Positions 26,240 through 39,869 are shown, counted from the first letter of the whole stretch. The stretch is 63,995 bases of DNA, filler included, from Reticulomyxa filosa (GCA_000512085.1; 16 parts of 16 records of this genome joined end to end with filler, not necessarily neighbours in it), one strand, 5' to 3'. Notes: generated from the letters alone by a model not told the origin. A program made the numbers and translations.

Positions 26240-27428
26240 AGGTTGATTTTCTGCATTTTTGTTCGGTGCTTTGTAGTTTGATACTACTTCCACTTGGATC
26301 GCCATGTTCACCAGTGTTTTGTCCATTACTAGCAGTGTTTTAGCTTATCGAATGGCTATAGCTGCTGAACAGAGCGGATGTTATACACTATATATTTGTA
26401 CATAATTTTAAAAAAAAAAAAAACAAATTGACGTATACTACTTTTTTTTTTTTTTTGCATTGAATTAGATGACCGATTTGAAATCAATCTATTGCATGAC
26501 TCACAGTCCCGTATCGATGCAGAGTATGAAGTGGAAGCCGTAGAGATTCCGAAAACAGAAGGCACTTGTGGATGTTTATATAACTTGTGCCAAAAACGTG
26601 TGCGACAAATAACTACGGATCGTAAAGAAATTGTGAGGAACTTGTATATGCTCAATGCTATCTCGGGAGCTTTGCAGCTACAAAAAACAACTACCATTAT
26701 CAATGTTACCATGTCACAAAACAAAACTGTCATTACTATTGATGATGTTGGATCGGATGATGTTTTGGATTTGCTAGAGAAAAAGAAGGACATTATCGCT
26801 GTTGTATGTAGTTTTTTTTTTGTTTTTGCTTTTTTTTTTTGTCATGCACGTTATTTTTTTTTTGCTGAAACAGAAATTGAAGGAAATTTTGAGATTACGT
26901 CATGCGTATAACATGTCATTCAACTCAAGCGAAAAAAGATGGGAAAGCACCAAAAAAACATTTGTGTCAAATTTAATAAGCAAGCGCAAGCTTGTAAAAA
27001 AACAATTACAACGATCTGCTTTTCACTCCAATTTAACCAAAGGAGAATTAAAAGACAAATTGAATGAATCTTTTGTGATCAATAGCGAGCAGTATCAATT
27101 TGTTCTAGAAAAAAAAAGAACTTTGCTGTGCATTATCGTCTTGCTCAAAGAAGATTAAACGAAGGTATTGATCTCTTTTATTTTGTTTTGAAAAATGAAC
27201 ATAATTCTATTGTGTTGAATGACTGCGGATTAATACAATAAATAAAAAAAAGAAATTGACGAAAAAGAGAAGGACGCAGTCGAAGAAAAAGTGGACAATG
27301 TAGCCGAAAACGAAGAAAAAGTTATACCAATGCGACAAATGACAGTCAATTATTCGGAGGATGAATCAGATGATGGCGCCAGAGAACAACCATCAGGATT
27401 GCAGTTTATGAAAGCAATTCAGCAGTGA
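26240..27428 (+). CDS. Hypothetical multi-exon protein, C-terminal part (possibly disrupted)
   Basis: Hydrophobic exon (WIAMFTSVLSITSSVLAYRMA), ORFs 26492-26911 and 26802-27158, terminal acidic exon ending MKAIQQ-TGA at 27428; an apparent in-frame TAG near 26275. Confidence 0.4.
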
Positions 27429-27788
27429 TCACATTGTTTTTTTTGTTATTCAAATAGCAAAACTTCATACAAATGAATGAGCAAAAATAAAATGATGAGA
27501 GCGAAATTATGTCCTTATGAACATACTGTTTCTAAATAAAAATGGGTTAATGGGGTTTTGGAGGAGGTGTTTTTGAAATAATTTATTGTCCCAAAATGTA
27601 TTTTTTGTTTGCATTTGCAAATTTATGATGACAAAAACATTGATTATGATTATTCGAGTTCTTGCAGTCAATCAATTTCTGTTCTTCATTTGAGCTTTTT
27701 GTAAAGTTGCTCAAAATTTTTCGCCTTCGACAAAATTGGTCCTTAAAAAAAAAACCCAAACAAAATAAACCAGAAAAAAAAGGCGCCT

Positions 27789-30511
27789 TTAATTTGTATC
27801 AGTTTTTTTTTGTTGTCCTTTTTCTGCGTCTGGATTTTTTCGCAAAATAGCAAATCCTTCCAAGACGCTTGCGAATGAAATGTATTCATCACTTGCCAGT
27901 TCAGCTCGGTCCTTGTATCCCAGCAACACTGGTGTGTCATGAGTTTGAAAACCAGTGATCGATTTTGGTCGTCCTGCTTGGGCGACAACATCCAAAGCCT
28001 GTCCAACACGAACATTTGTTTTCAATGATTTCAATTTTTCATCGAGAGTGGCTAACATTCGTGGCTTGATTGAGGTGATGAGACTATAAAGTAACCAATG
28101 TCGCGAACTCAACAACGAGTTTTTCAAATCAATGGCAGCGAATACGACACACAAGACTCCAGCCAAAGCTACTTTGCTCAATAACAACCGATCGCTGTGA
28201 TAAGGCTGAATAGTCCAATAATCCTTTGCCCATATGTGTCAATCCTTGGGCAATTCTTACCAAATATAAGTGGTTAGCATCTTTGCTGTAATAACTTGTT
28301 AAACCTCGCAACATATCCGCCACACGTGCATTGTTCGTACCAGCGCTGATTAAGCCTAAACTTAAAATAGCACTTTGACTGACAACACTGTTATGATCGT
28401 GTGATAACTTGGACAAGACATCGGACACTTCCATACGAGGGTTGGACACACATAACAAGCCAAGTGCCAATGGAACAGCACGTTTGACTCGAATATTTCC
28501 GTATTGAATCAAGTGGTCAAACATGCGCAAGGCCATATCAGATCCTAATTCTTCGCCCATTGCGATCATGGCAATGCCAAGGACAGCAATGGTTTGGAAA
28601 TATCTTTTGTCGTCCTCTTCTTCTTTTTTTTCGTCTTCTCCTTCTTCTTCTGCGCCCGCGCCTTGGGCCCCAGATGCACCAAGCATAGCTGCAAAAGGAT
28701 TATTTGCGTTGGCATTCTTGGAGCCAGTTGAAGTTTGCGGTTTATCTTTCTCTTTTTCCTTGTCTTTGTCTTTATCTTTGTCCTTTTCCGTTTCGTTGTC
28801 ATAGTGTTGGCCAACCATTTCCAAAAACTGTTGCACTTTGATCACGTTTCCACTACCAGCATACGCCATCACTTCCAATGTCACTCGCAACGTCTGTGCA
28901 AATTTTTCATTCATGTCATTGAATACGCTGACGGCTTCCAACGTGGTATCCACTTCTTCGTTTCGTTGTAAAAACAATAAGCCGAGACCGAGAGCGTTAA
29001 GCAAGTACAAAGAGTCGTTTAATTTTTCGGGCTGGCTTTCGACCCGTTCCATCAAATCGGTCAAAATCAAGTTGCTAATGTCCTCGTTGCACGTACCGAC
29101 AAACACCAGACCCAATGCCAATGATGCCACGCTGGACAATTCTCTTCGGGCGAGTCTTTCGATACAACGTTGCTCAATACCTCATAGACGGCCGCGTTGG
29201 CTTGACCGGCATATGCCAATCCTAATCCAAAGGCCGCCGCTACTCGTTCTTCCGTGGTTATTTCTTTTCCTCTTTTTTTTTCGCCACCTTTGATCGGCTT
29301 TGCCAGCAACGCATAACCGAGCCCGGCGTCATTACGCATACCACTGCAGGCCATTCCGATTGCGAGGAATGCACCTGCACGGATGCACGGCTTGTCACTT
29401 TCAAAGTATCGGTCGACAGTATTCACTGCATTTTCGTCCCATAACATCAGCGAGCCGACACTCGCCACTGCTGCCATTTGTCCCCTCTCTTTATTTTTTC
29501 CCAGCCAATTATTGGCTGTTTGTGTGTCCACTGACATCAACTTGTCCAATCCAAACCCTGCGTTCACAAATGCGTTCACGTAGCTGATCGCCAATGATTT
29601 GCGTGCAGATATTGCACTATTTGTTGCCGCTATTCATAAGCATTTTTGTTATTTCCGCGGATTTTTAAAAAAAAATAAATAAAATAAATAAATATAGAAA
29701 TGCAATGTAGTTAATTACCATCTTCCAACAACTGTTCTTTGAAAATGTCAGTTTGAGGGTCTTTGGGATCCAACACATCCAAATCCTTGGCTAAATTGCG
29801 AAAAGCTTCACTCAATTGAGCGTTGGATATAATTTCATTAACATCCGGCATTTCATCATCGTCGTTGTCTTCTGTTCCTCTGCTTCGGCTTCTTCTTCTT
29901 CTTCTTCTTCCTCCTCGTCTTCCTCTTTAAATCCAAACTGATGCCAACCCAATACATATCTTTTTTTTTAAAAAAAAAAAGGTAGGGAGGAACAATGTCT
30001 TAAAAATTTTCAACATTTTCTCAACTGGAAAAAAAAATATATATACATATATACTTAAAATTATTTATTTGTGTGGTGGCTATGATTGTTGTATTGTACA
30101 TTAGAAGGAGGAGAGGAGGAAAAAATAAAATAAAAAAATAAAAATTGATTGTCAGTGTTTGATTATTTAACGCCAATTGTCGAGACTGCACTTTGTCATG
30201 TTTCGTCGCTTTCATGACCCGTTTGACCAACTTGTGATCATCCAAGCGCAAAGCGTATCGCAAGGCGTGGTAATAGGATTTGAATTTGAAATACAGTTCA
30301 AAGCACGTTCGATAAATTTCGACATCTTCGGGATAGGGATGATAAGGAGCGCAACTGCGTAGGTATTCACACACCCGCGCGTGGTTTTCCAATTGAAAAA
30401 ATTGACTAATCATTGGCAATTGTTCTACTTCCAATAATAAGTCACATGCGTCTGGTTCAACTGTTATGTGACACATAAAACTGCACCAACACTTCCGCGA
30501 CCGACATTCTA

Positions 30512-30546
<35 letters not shown>

Positions 30547-31257
30547 AAAACAAAAAAAAAAAAAATCTTTTATGACACATGAGAGACACAAAACACTCGT
30601 TCAGTTGGTATCAATTGAGTGGACAGGGCTTTGCCTTCTTTCTGCTTTTAATCGGTCCAACATTTCTTGTCTTACTTCTGCTGCTAAGTGCTTCACATAT
30701 TGTGCACCCCATGTCTCTATTTGAGATAAATCGGACTCTAAACGATACTTCAAACACGCTCTGGTGGTTGGATCTTCCATTGTCATTGCTAACACTGACA
30801 TCAAATCTCCGAATGATGCCTTTGCCGTTTTTTATATTTACATACAAAAAAACATTTTTTTAATGTTAAAAAAAAAAATCGTTTTACTAGTCTTTTTTTT
30901 TTTTTTACACCCCTTTTTTTTTTTACTCCCTCTTTTCTGCTCTCGCTCCGGTTCCCTCGACAAAAGACGGGAAAAAAAAATGCATTCATCTTCGTAGTAG
31001 TGTTGTTGTGCTTTTTTAACTTTTAATTTGGCGTCAGTGACGGTCTGATAGAAATCTTTTATGCTGCTATAGTGAGGGTTCAAAAATTTCAGCGGTTTCG
31101 GTACCGACGTCATGGAAGAGGTTGATGTCCTTGTCTCCTCTTTCAACTGCTCCAAAGCTAGCGCGGCTATTTGTACGTCAACATCTTTTATTCTTTCCAC
31201 GTATAAATCCAAGCGCTCTTTCAGCTCTCTATCTTCAACACTCAAATCTTGATCCAT
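27789..31257 (-). CDS. RPN1: 26S proteasome regulatory subunit RPN1 / PSMD2
   Basis: LSVEDRELKERL, RTSTSSMTSVPKPLKFLNPHY, SVLAMTM, EPDACDLLLEVE, YVNAFVNAGFGLDKL, MIAMGEELG, AGTNNARVADMLR, RIAQGLTHMGKG, VRVGQALDVVAQAGRPKSITGFQTH; two apparent sequencing frameshifts (~29145, ~28215). Confidence 0.95.
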
Positions 31258-31744
31258 TGTTATCGTGATGAGAAGGAAAAACTCTTCACAGTCAAGACCC
31301 AAACTTGTTCACCAAAAAGTGAATCCACTACTAGCGAGTCTGTGACAAATCTACAATAAAGAGCAGGAAGAATAAAGAAATAAATCTTTTATCTAAAAAA
31401 AAGATTTGAAGAATTGAAATCTTTGGAATAAGGTTGTGAAAGATTCCACATTTGCCATTTATGCGATAACAATCTTGCAATACCTACAGATTTAGTTGTN
31501 NNNNNNNNNNNNNNNNNNNNNNNNNNNNNNNNNNNNNNNNNNNTTAATTAATTAANNNNNNNNNNNNNNNNNNNNNNNNNNNNNNNNNNNNNNNNNNNNT
31601 AGTTTTTAGTTTGTGTTATCTATTTGTTTTCCCTTTTTTTCTTTTCTTTTTTTTCCCCTCCTCCCCTTCCCTCCCTCCCCCCCCCCCTTCCCTTCTTCAA
31701 TTTTTTAATTTTATTTTTTGTCTTATTGACAATGATTTGTGTTG

Positions 31745-33168
31745 TCATGCATAAAGTAAGTCGGCATGTTGTTGGATTGAAACAGTTTTGGCTGTGGCCT
31801 CCATTTTCTCAAATGCTTTGGAGACAATGTGAAAAGAGGCGAGTGTGAACAAGGAAAAAGGAGGGACAGAGCACAAATGAGAAAATGAAACAAAAACGCT
31901 TTGATGTACTTTGATGGGCGACTTGAAGTGCAGACACGAGTAATTGCAATTGCTCTTCGTTGTTGTTCGGTTTCTCGCGTTTCCTTTTATCGCGATTTTC
32001 GCGGTCTTTGTCTTTTTCTCGTTCTCTTTCTCTGTCACGTTCTCTGTCCTTGTCTCGTTCTTTTTCTTTGCGTTTTCCTCGATAGTATCTCTTCGAGTGA
32101 CTTCTTGAGCGCGATCTGCTACGAGATCGAGGTTTCCTATTCCATTACAATTGCATCAGTCCAACGTTCAAAAATCAGTTGTGCAAGCCATCCACTCATT
32201 TCAAAAGAGAAGTTATCTTATTGAGGGACGCTTTAATCGTATATGCAACTTAGTAAATTTTTACAAAAACTTTTTTTCTTTTGAAGAGAGAGAGATATGA
32301 AAGAAAGATGAAATCTCGAACAAAACTTTGTCTTTTTCCCTGGTGGGGAAGGACTATCCGCAAAGTCCCTCGACACTTTGGGTAAAGCAATTGGTTTGTC
32401 TACATCCTGTGCATTGTTGTCATTGTTTTTAATTGGGTTGGAATTAGAAGTGGGATTGGGATTGGGGTTGGGATTGAGATTGGCGTTTACAATTGCAGAT
32501 TCATCTAGCGTTTGGTTAGTGGCTACAACTGGGATAACTTGATTGGTGGCATTGTCGTTGGAGGTTGTTGTATTCTTCGTTGTTTCTTCTACACGTGGTG
32601 CTGAGCTAATTTCTACTGTTCGCGTCCAATGAACCTCTCTTTTTTTTTTTTTTTTTTGATTAAAAAAAAAAAAATAGACATTTTATTTTTTTCGCACCAG
32701 CTTTTTATTATTGTTGCGCAAATTCGAAAATCAAAAAAATTATTATTGAAATTTTCCTTTACCTTAGCCGGTTCGGTTCCACAATGTCGTCCAAAAGAGT
32801 GAATAGTTCTTCAACAAACTGGAAAGTTTCTGTATGGGAAGGGGAGGGATGGGGAAAAAATGGACAAAAAGTGACCTATCTATATCGAAAGAAACACCCA
32901 AGCACCCAAGCTTAGTCATACTTTCATTCATAAATGCAGATAATTCCTTTACGTATTCTTCTTTCATGTTCTCCGCTGGTAAATTTTTATGGACTAATGC
33001 TACAACATAATCGGATAATATCTTCGGGTCTGCGTCAGAACTATGTTACCACAAAAAAAAAAGATCAAGGATTTACTGAAGAATTTGAAGAGTCGAAGCG
33101 AAGACATGGTATGTGAGGAGATCCATAACTATCTTGGCAACATGTCCGCGATCCGCTGGTAAAGACAT
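31745..33168 (-). CDS. PWI-domain (RBM26/27-type) protein with RS and RD/RE repeats
   Basis: Spliced by eye: MSLPADRGHVAKIVMDLLTYH...SDADPKILSDYVVALVHKNLPAENMKEEYVKELSAFMNE|KTFQFVEELFTLL, which resembles RBM26 DADPSALAKYVLALVKK...TQIFVEKLF; then an N/P-rich linker and KPRSRSRSRSRSHSK...KERDKDRERDRERERE. 3' end uncertain. Confidence 0.7.
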
Positions 33169-34208
33169 CTTTCCTTGGATCTTGAAAGTTTGACCATATC
33201 CCAAGAAAGGAATTACACAATGGAGCAAATTTTACCAACAGGGTAAATTTATAATTCTTCAAAATTCTCTTCTGGAGCTTTTTGCGTTAGAGGATAAAAT
33301 TTTCAAAAATGATTTCATCCAAGAGAAATGTTAAAGAAAAGAGATCCTCTAGCCATAGACAACATGTTTATCACGCTTCCGAGAAAAACTATCCTCTTTT
33401 TTTTGTGTCGCGACAGCAATAAGAAGTGAGCTATTTCATTTTTAAAAAATTTATAAAACCATTTGCATCTCTGTCAAAGTAAATCCAATGCGCAAAAAGT
33501 GAAGAAGGAAAAATTGCACAAATATATGTTCATATTACAAAATATATTCAAAACGCAAACATATCAAAAAGAAAATAATTGTGAATTTGTTTTCAACATT
33601 GGACAACAATGCAAACGAGAAAAACATTGAAAATATTGAAACTGTCACATTCGACAATTTCGAATGAAATTCAAATGCATTTGGGTCTGTCCAAACAAAT
33701 AAACAATGTGCAGTTGGCCAGCACAAATGAAGCTTCAATGCTTTTCCAGCAAATGCAAGAAAAACATTTAATTGAATCGCTGTGCAAGTTTATCAGTTGT
33801 TTTGAATTAGTTTCCCATTGTATTATTAGTGAATTTATGCTGATTGTTATTTTGTACGTATTAATTTTTTTAGCGGTTGGAACTGAATAGCCCGCAGTTG
33901 ACTATTTTGCATTGAACGACTTCTCTTTTTTTGAACGTGAATACACAAAAGATGATTGTTTTTTCCACATTACAAATCTCAATTTAAAAAATCATTGTTT
34001 TTTGTTTTTAATTTAAACATAGTATTTGATCGCATTGTGATTTTTTCTTTTGTGCGAAAAAATAAACGCAAGAAACAAAGTTTGATACTACATTTAATAA
34101 TTTTTGTAAGCAATTTATGAAACGGATAATGGACTTTTGTAATTGTTTGATGTATTATTTTCACGTGGAAGGGCAAAGTATATTGGAGATAGCATCGACG
34201 TGTACGTT

Positions 34209-34760
34209 TTAAGCTAAATCATCATCGGATACGATCTGGCCCAGTTCCCACATGCCCTTTCTCGCGAGCAGAGCGTTTTCACTTAGAGTATCGGCGAACT
34301 TCAAGTACCTTTTGGTAGATTCATCGTTGATAGCAAAGAGTTCTTGTGGCGACTCTTTCATCTTGGAATCAAAGCGGGCATATCCCTCTTTCAGCATGCG
34401 TTGATTGACATCGACATTTTCATTTATCACAACGACATGCCAAATGTGACGTTCCCAATCGTCATACAATACTTGAATTTTCAACTCTTTGGGCGACAAC
34501 TTATGTGATTTGTTATCCCCAGCATTGTTATTTGCATTCGCATTGGCGACTTTCGGCGAAGAGGACATAACCAAGCCAGCAAAAAATTCGCCCGACAGTG
34601 CGAAATGGCGACTTTGCCGAGGGGGTGCGCGTAATGCAGCCAGACGACAACGCTGTGCCAAAGGCGGGTATTGTTTCAAGCTTAAGTTCGAAGGCAAAGA
34701 CACCAAGTCGTGTTCGAGAATCACTCCACGGTTGCCATAATCCACGAAAAAGACAAGCCA
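34209..34760 (-). CDS. SND1: Tudor-SN (staphylococcal nuclease domain-containing 1), last exon; rest is off-contig
   Basis: FVDYGN (Tudor), PPLAQRCRLA, VNQRMLKEGYARF, and the C-terminal ARKGMWELGQIVSDDD. Confidence 0.85.
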   Translation of the reverse strand, partial: WLVFFVDYGNRGVILEHDLVSLPSNLSLKQYPPLAQRCRLAALRAPPRQSRHFALSGEFFAGLVMSSSPKVANANANNNAGDNKSHKLSPKELKIQVLYDDWERHIWHVVVINENVDVNQRMLKEGYARFDSKMKESPQELFAINDESTKRYLKFADTLSENALLARKGMWELGQIVSDDDLA

Positions 34761-35479
34761 AGCTCTTTTTTCGTATTTTTATCTTTATCTATGTCGTCGT
34801 TGTTGGTGGTGTTGTTGTNNNNNNNNNNNNNNNNNNNNNNNNNNNNNNNNNNNNNNNNNNNNTTAATTAATTAANNNNNNNNNNNNNNNNNNNNNNNNNN
34901 NNNNNNNNNNNNNNNNNNATTCATCCAATTCATTCATTAAAAAAACGCAAGTTTTAATTGTCAACAATTTCTATTGTCTTTTTTCCAAGGCGGTGACTGA
35001 AACAAAAAAAAAACGCGTGTTTCGGCCAAGGCTGTTTGGCTTTGGTTGTCAAAAAATGTGGAAGAGATGCTTCACCATTCAATGAATTGGAAGGAAGCAG
35101 TTGAAGATTGTGATTTTAATATCAAAAGTGACATGTATGATGTGAATAAAAATTACGTAAAAACAATAGCGGTGTATAGTCACTGACAAACAAGAGGATG
35201 CTTTGACAAAAATAAAAAAAAAGTACCTGATTGATTTTGATTTTTTTTTTAATCCATTGCGACACTTTATGGAGATCAGATATGGACATCTACTTTTTTA
35301 AAAAGTATACGCACTTAAAGCATAAAACAATCATATCATGGGCCCCCTCCACACTCGATACACTCCATCCAATAAAATTTTCATTTGTTCATCACTGAAC
35401 GGAATAGCATATATTTTGGTTGGAGAAGGTAATCGATACATGTATTTTTTTTTGGCTATTGATTCACGCGATTAGATAT

Positions 35480-35920
35480 ATTTGCCAATATTCGAATTCC
35501 AACATGGCCACAATTCGACTTGTTTTGCCACTTCTTTGGATTTTTTTGCCTTCCACGATTTTTCAAATATCAACGTGCCATTTCATTGTTTACTAACTTT
35601 TCGGATATTCTTCCCAAATCCATTATTTATAGTTTCCAGTATTTTCTCTTCTATCTTTAATGTGCGTCCTAACATTCAATTGCTTTGTCATAGCATTTTT
35701 GCCTTTCGTAAGCTCTTCCTAAAAATCTGTACGAGTGAGCAACTTCAACGTGACTGTTTTCAAACACATGTAATCTGATGTTCAGTGTCTTTTTATGACA
35801 TTCAATTGCTTTATTGTATTGTCTTTTAACATGATAAATATTTCCCAACTTATTATATAAATCAGAAATAATTACACATTACTCCCAAACATCTCTAATC
35901 TAATTGACAAAAATTTTTTG
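35480..35920 (-). pseudogene. TPR-repeat (kinesin-light-chain/TPR_12-type) pseudogene
   Basis: Minus strand reads DLYNKLGNIYHVKRQYNKAIECHKKTLNIRLHVFENSHVEVAHSYRFLGRAYERQKCYDKAIEC-stop, with frameshifts on both sides. Confidence 0.7.
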
Positions 35921-38399
35921 TAATATCCTATTATTCTTCGTTTTTGAAATTCAATACAATCATTTTCTTTAATGTAAAACTGAAACTTGTTTTTTGTCTT
36001 GAATAAATTGTTAATACTCCAAAGCAGTTTAAACAAGTTGCTTCTATTCGATGTTTCCAGAACATACTACACAAAAACACTATTAGAACAACATAATCTG
36101 AAACTTGAATACAATGATCTGCAGAAAAGTCTCAAAACTAAATATGTTCATTCAATCGCTTTTTGAAATTTTTAACAAAGACATTTTATTTATTTGGTTT
36201 TCTTTTATAATTTTATTGTGCCAGCGAAAATCGTAATACCTTGTGTTTAAACAGAAACAGTTTATTTTTTGTTAATTCCTGACAACAGCGAAAACTTGGC
36301 AGAAAAATAAAACATTCAATCCTTAAAAATAAGATTTTGTTTTTCGATAGATACATGTTTTTTTTTTGTATAAATAAATGAATAGAGAAAGTTTGAACGT
36401 AGTCTCCAAAAAAGTACAGTTCAAGAGGGACTCAAAAGTTAAATTGTTTTCCCTGTGAAAAGTGAATGAAAGAATGAATGCCACTACTACAAAAAAAAAG
36501 ACTACATCATCTTTGGTAAGTTTTTTTCTCTTGAAGCGAAGCAAGACGTGCTAAGACGACTTAACAAAAAAAGTCAGAGAAAAAGGTATATAAAATAATT
36601 GAAAATTGACTGCGAAATGAAATGTAAAATTAGGATAGTAAGCAATTTTGATAAATTTGTTTTTAAATATGTTAAGTACTATTTTTTAAAAAAAATAAAG
36701 AACACGAAAAAATTAAATAACGAATAACGCAACAATGCATTAATCCAATTTTTTGTACAATCCACTTGATAGTAATTAATCTGCGTTTTGATCATTTTCT
36801 GTTGGTTCTTTTTTTAAAAAGGGTTCTTCTATTTGTTCTTGGTCTATTAAAAATTTTTTTGGAGATGTTCACAGTACTCTTTTTTTTGTTGTTGTCTTTT
36901 TCAAACTGTTGAATTTTTGTAGTACATCTATTTAATCTTGCACACTTGTAGAAACACTAAAAATCAAGGAATAGATTTTATGTTGAGATTACGACGTTCA
37001 TGTATGTAACAACAAATTCTGTGAGTTTTTCCTAGTCAAAATATTCATTAAATAAGTTTTTTGTTGTTAAAATAGAAAGAAAAATTAGTAATTGCAGAAG
37101 AAAACAACAATTGAAGCCCACAAGAACAAGATGGATAAACGGAATCCCAGACTATCGTAACAGTTGGAATGGAGACAGAATATATTAGCAGAACAATGAT
37201 ACATATGTGTGAATATTGAAGTTAAAAAAATTTTCATATATTTCATTTAAGATTTTTTTTAATGTTGTATCATTTTTTCTAATATTTCATCAAATATTTT
37301 ATTCAAGTCTTTTTTTTTATGTCGAACTTCATATCAAGTAATTACTCAAATTTTCTTTTTTTCAGTAATTTTTTATTTTATTCGAAAATTTGTTTAATTG
37401 GCTTGGTTCAATCAGTTGTAATATAATCGTTGAAATATCTATTATTTCGTCAGTTGAATCATTACAACATATAATTCATGTTGTTTATATATTATATATT
37501 GTTTCTTCATGAAAAAGATAATTATTTTTATAAAGTCCAACTGTATGACATAATATTTGAATATGTATTATACAAAATTTCAAATATGCAAAATCTTATT
37601 ATAAACTATGTTTGCGTTTATTTTCTTTCATATTAATTAATTAACAATTTGTATACAATAGTCATTGTTAAAAACTAAAACTCAGGATCCAGGTATTATA
37701 TTATTTTTCAAAGCATTAAAATCAATTTGCTTTATATATAATATAATTAAATCTTTTCTTTATTATTTTCAGAAAACCAAATTTGAGCATTCAAGAATGT
37801 ATGACTTTTGAAACATATTGTAAATAATATTTAGTGTTTCAATATTTGCAAATTGTTGGAATTTGTGATAATTGAATATCATGATGAAAAGCATTTGCCA
37901 TAATTAATACACTTTACATTTTCTTGGATAAATAAGTGAATCTTTGCATTGATTGTTTGATATTAAGTCTTTTTTTTCTTAAGCTATATGAATCCTTAAT
38001 TTCACTTTTATATAATCAGAAAAATGATTTCAAGTATTCTGCAAATTATACATTATCAATATAACTATTTTTCTAAATATAGTAAAAAAAAAACTATGTA
38101 AATATATTATCCGAATGCATATTTTTTTTATAAGTTAAAAAAGTTACTAGCTTCTTCCAATTAAAAAAATACAAGTATTTGATAATGAGAAATAAACTGA
38201 TTTGGGAAAGCGAAAAAAAGCGGAACTTTGAACGGTAAAGTATATGTTTTTTTTGTTAGCAGAAAGGAAGTTCAATAATAAAAAATATTGTAGTGCTAAA
38301 TAATGCAATACATTACACAAAATAATCAACAATATACAGTTTACACTAACAAAAGTACACAAGTAGTCTTAAGAATGTGTGAAGAAAAAACATTTGAAA

Positions 38400-38655
38400 A
38401 GACTTCAATTCCTTTCAAATTGTGAAGGAGCTGCATAATCCACTTTCTGAAGCTAAATGTATATCATACAACAACGAAATTTTCATTTGTTGATGTTCGC
38501 ATCAACTCGATTGTTATTCTTATCACACAGATATAAATTTATTTGTTCGTACCCAAGTGATATTAAATTAGAATGTTACATTGTCGTAAAACTAGTAGAC
38601 AACAGTACTGAAATTGTATTGCTTTCTTTGATGGAAAATATAAACATGAGTTAAT
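38400..38655 (+). pseudogene. Kelch-like beta-propeller family pseudogene fragment
   Basis: FQIVKELHNPLSEAKCISYNNEIFIC-stop...DCYSYHT/YKFICSYPSDIKLECYIVVKLVDNSTEIVLLSL; resembles the recalled expanded Reticulomyxa kelch-like family, with a stop and a frameshift. Confidence 0.6.
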
Positions 38656-39869
38656 AATGAAATATATTAGCGTTTGGTTTGGAATAATGCTAATGAAAAA
38701 ATTAAGGAACTTGGTGGCTATAATGAATTACTTTCAGAGATAATAACGTAATAAAGTTAATATTGTGTATGAAAGAGATAATTATTTTTCCAGTATAAGG
38801 AATGTTGAGATAACGAAATTCACTATTAATAAAACCACTTTCTTTTTTGCTGATATTAACAGGATTTTCTCCATAATTGATTACTAGTGCGTGAAAATTG
38901 TCAATATTAGACATTTCCTTTTCACATGATATAATTTGATATGTATTTAAGATATTTTCAATTTAAAGCGATTAAAGAAATGAAGAAAATGCTTTTCTAA
39001 ATTTATCAAAAAAACATTATTCTTTTTTTGTTTCTGTTTCTATTTTTTTCTTTTTCAATTGACGTTGCTACTAATTTTTTGATATAATATACTTTAAATT
39101 CTTTTTCGCTACTATAATTACAGTATATAAATTTTATTTTCTTTTAAATAATTTAAATCTTGGACATGTCCAAAGCTTTCATTGTTAATTGACACATTTA
39201 TAGATTGTATTTCTAATAATGATTCAAATGTACAATCTCCTATAATTTCAAGAATGTTATCATCTTCTTATGCACCAATTATTTTTTAAATTTCAAATAA
39301 TTCTTCTTTTATTTTTGATTTTTCTTTTTCTCCACACGCTAATTTTTCTTTTAATAGTGATATCTCATGGTCTTTGTTGTTTATTTGATCCACCAATTTA
39401 TTTACAATGATTTCGTATCCAAAGACCAATACCTACTTATTTCGAACAGCATATCTATTACTCTTTCCACTGCGCAAAAAAAATATTGGTTGGTAGTTTG
39501 TCTTTTNNNNNNNNNNNNNNNNNNNNNNNNNNNNNNNNNNNNNNNNNNNNTTAATTAATTAANNNNNNNNNNNNNNNNNNNNNNNNNNNNNNNNNNNNNN
39601 NNNNNNTTTATCTTAGATAAAAAAATTTTTACTAGTTGAAAAATTTTTTTATAAGTTGAAGGTTTCTTTTCTTTGGTCTGTTTTCGCCACAATCTTGTTG
39701 ACGACGGAAAGCGTTGTTAATAATCGAAGATTAACTTCGATCTTCTTTCAGATACTGCTAGATATCGCAGTATCTAGTTGTTTTGTACTTTTTTTCCTTC
39801 AAAAGACAACTTTTTTTCAAAAGTTTATATCGATGATGAAGAATATTAAAATGAATTTTTTTTTTATAA

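Noticed and set aside
28190-29160. RPN1 as a pseudogene
   Set aside because: Only isolated single-base indels in an otherwise highly conserved sequence; sequencing error is more likely.
33170-33420. Possible CTD-interacting domain (LFSLTFLLDEIIF) upstream of the PWI gene
   Set aside because: Interrupted by stops and lies upstream of the ATG at 33168; the PWI reading explains the locus better.
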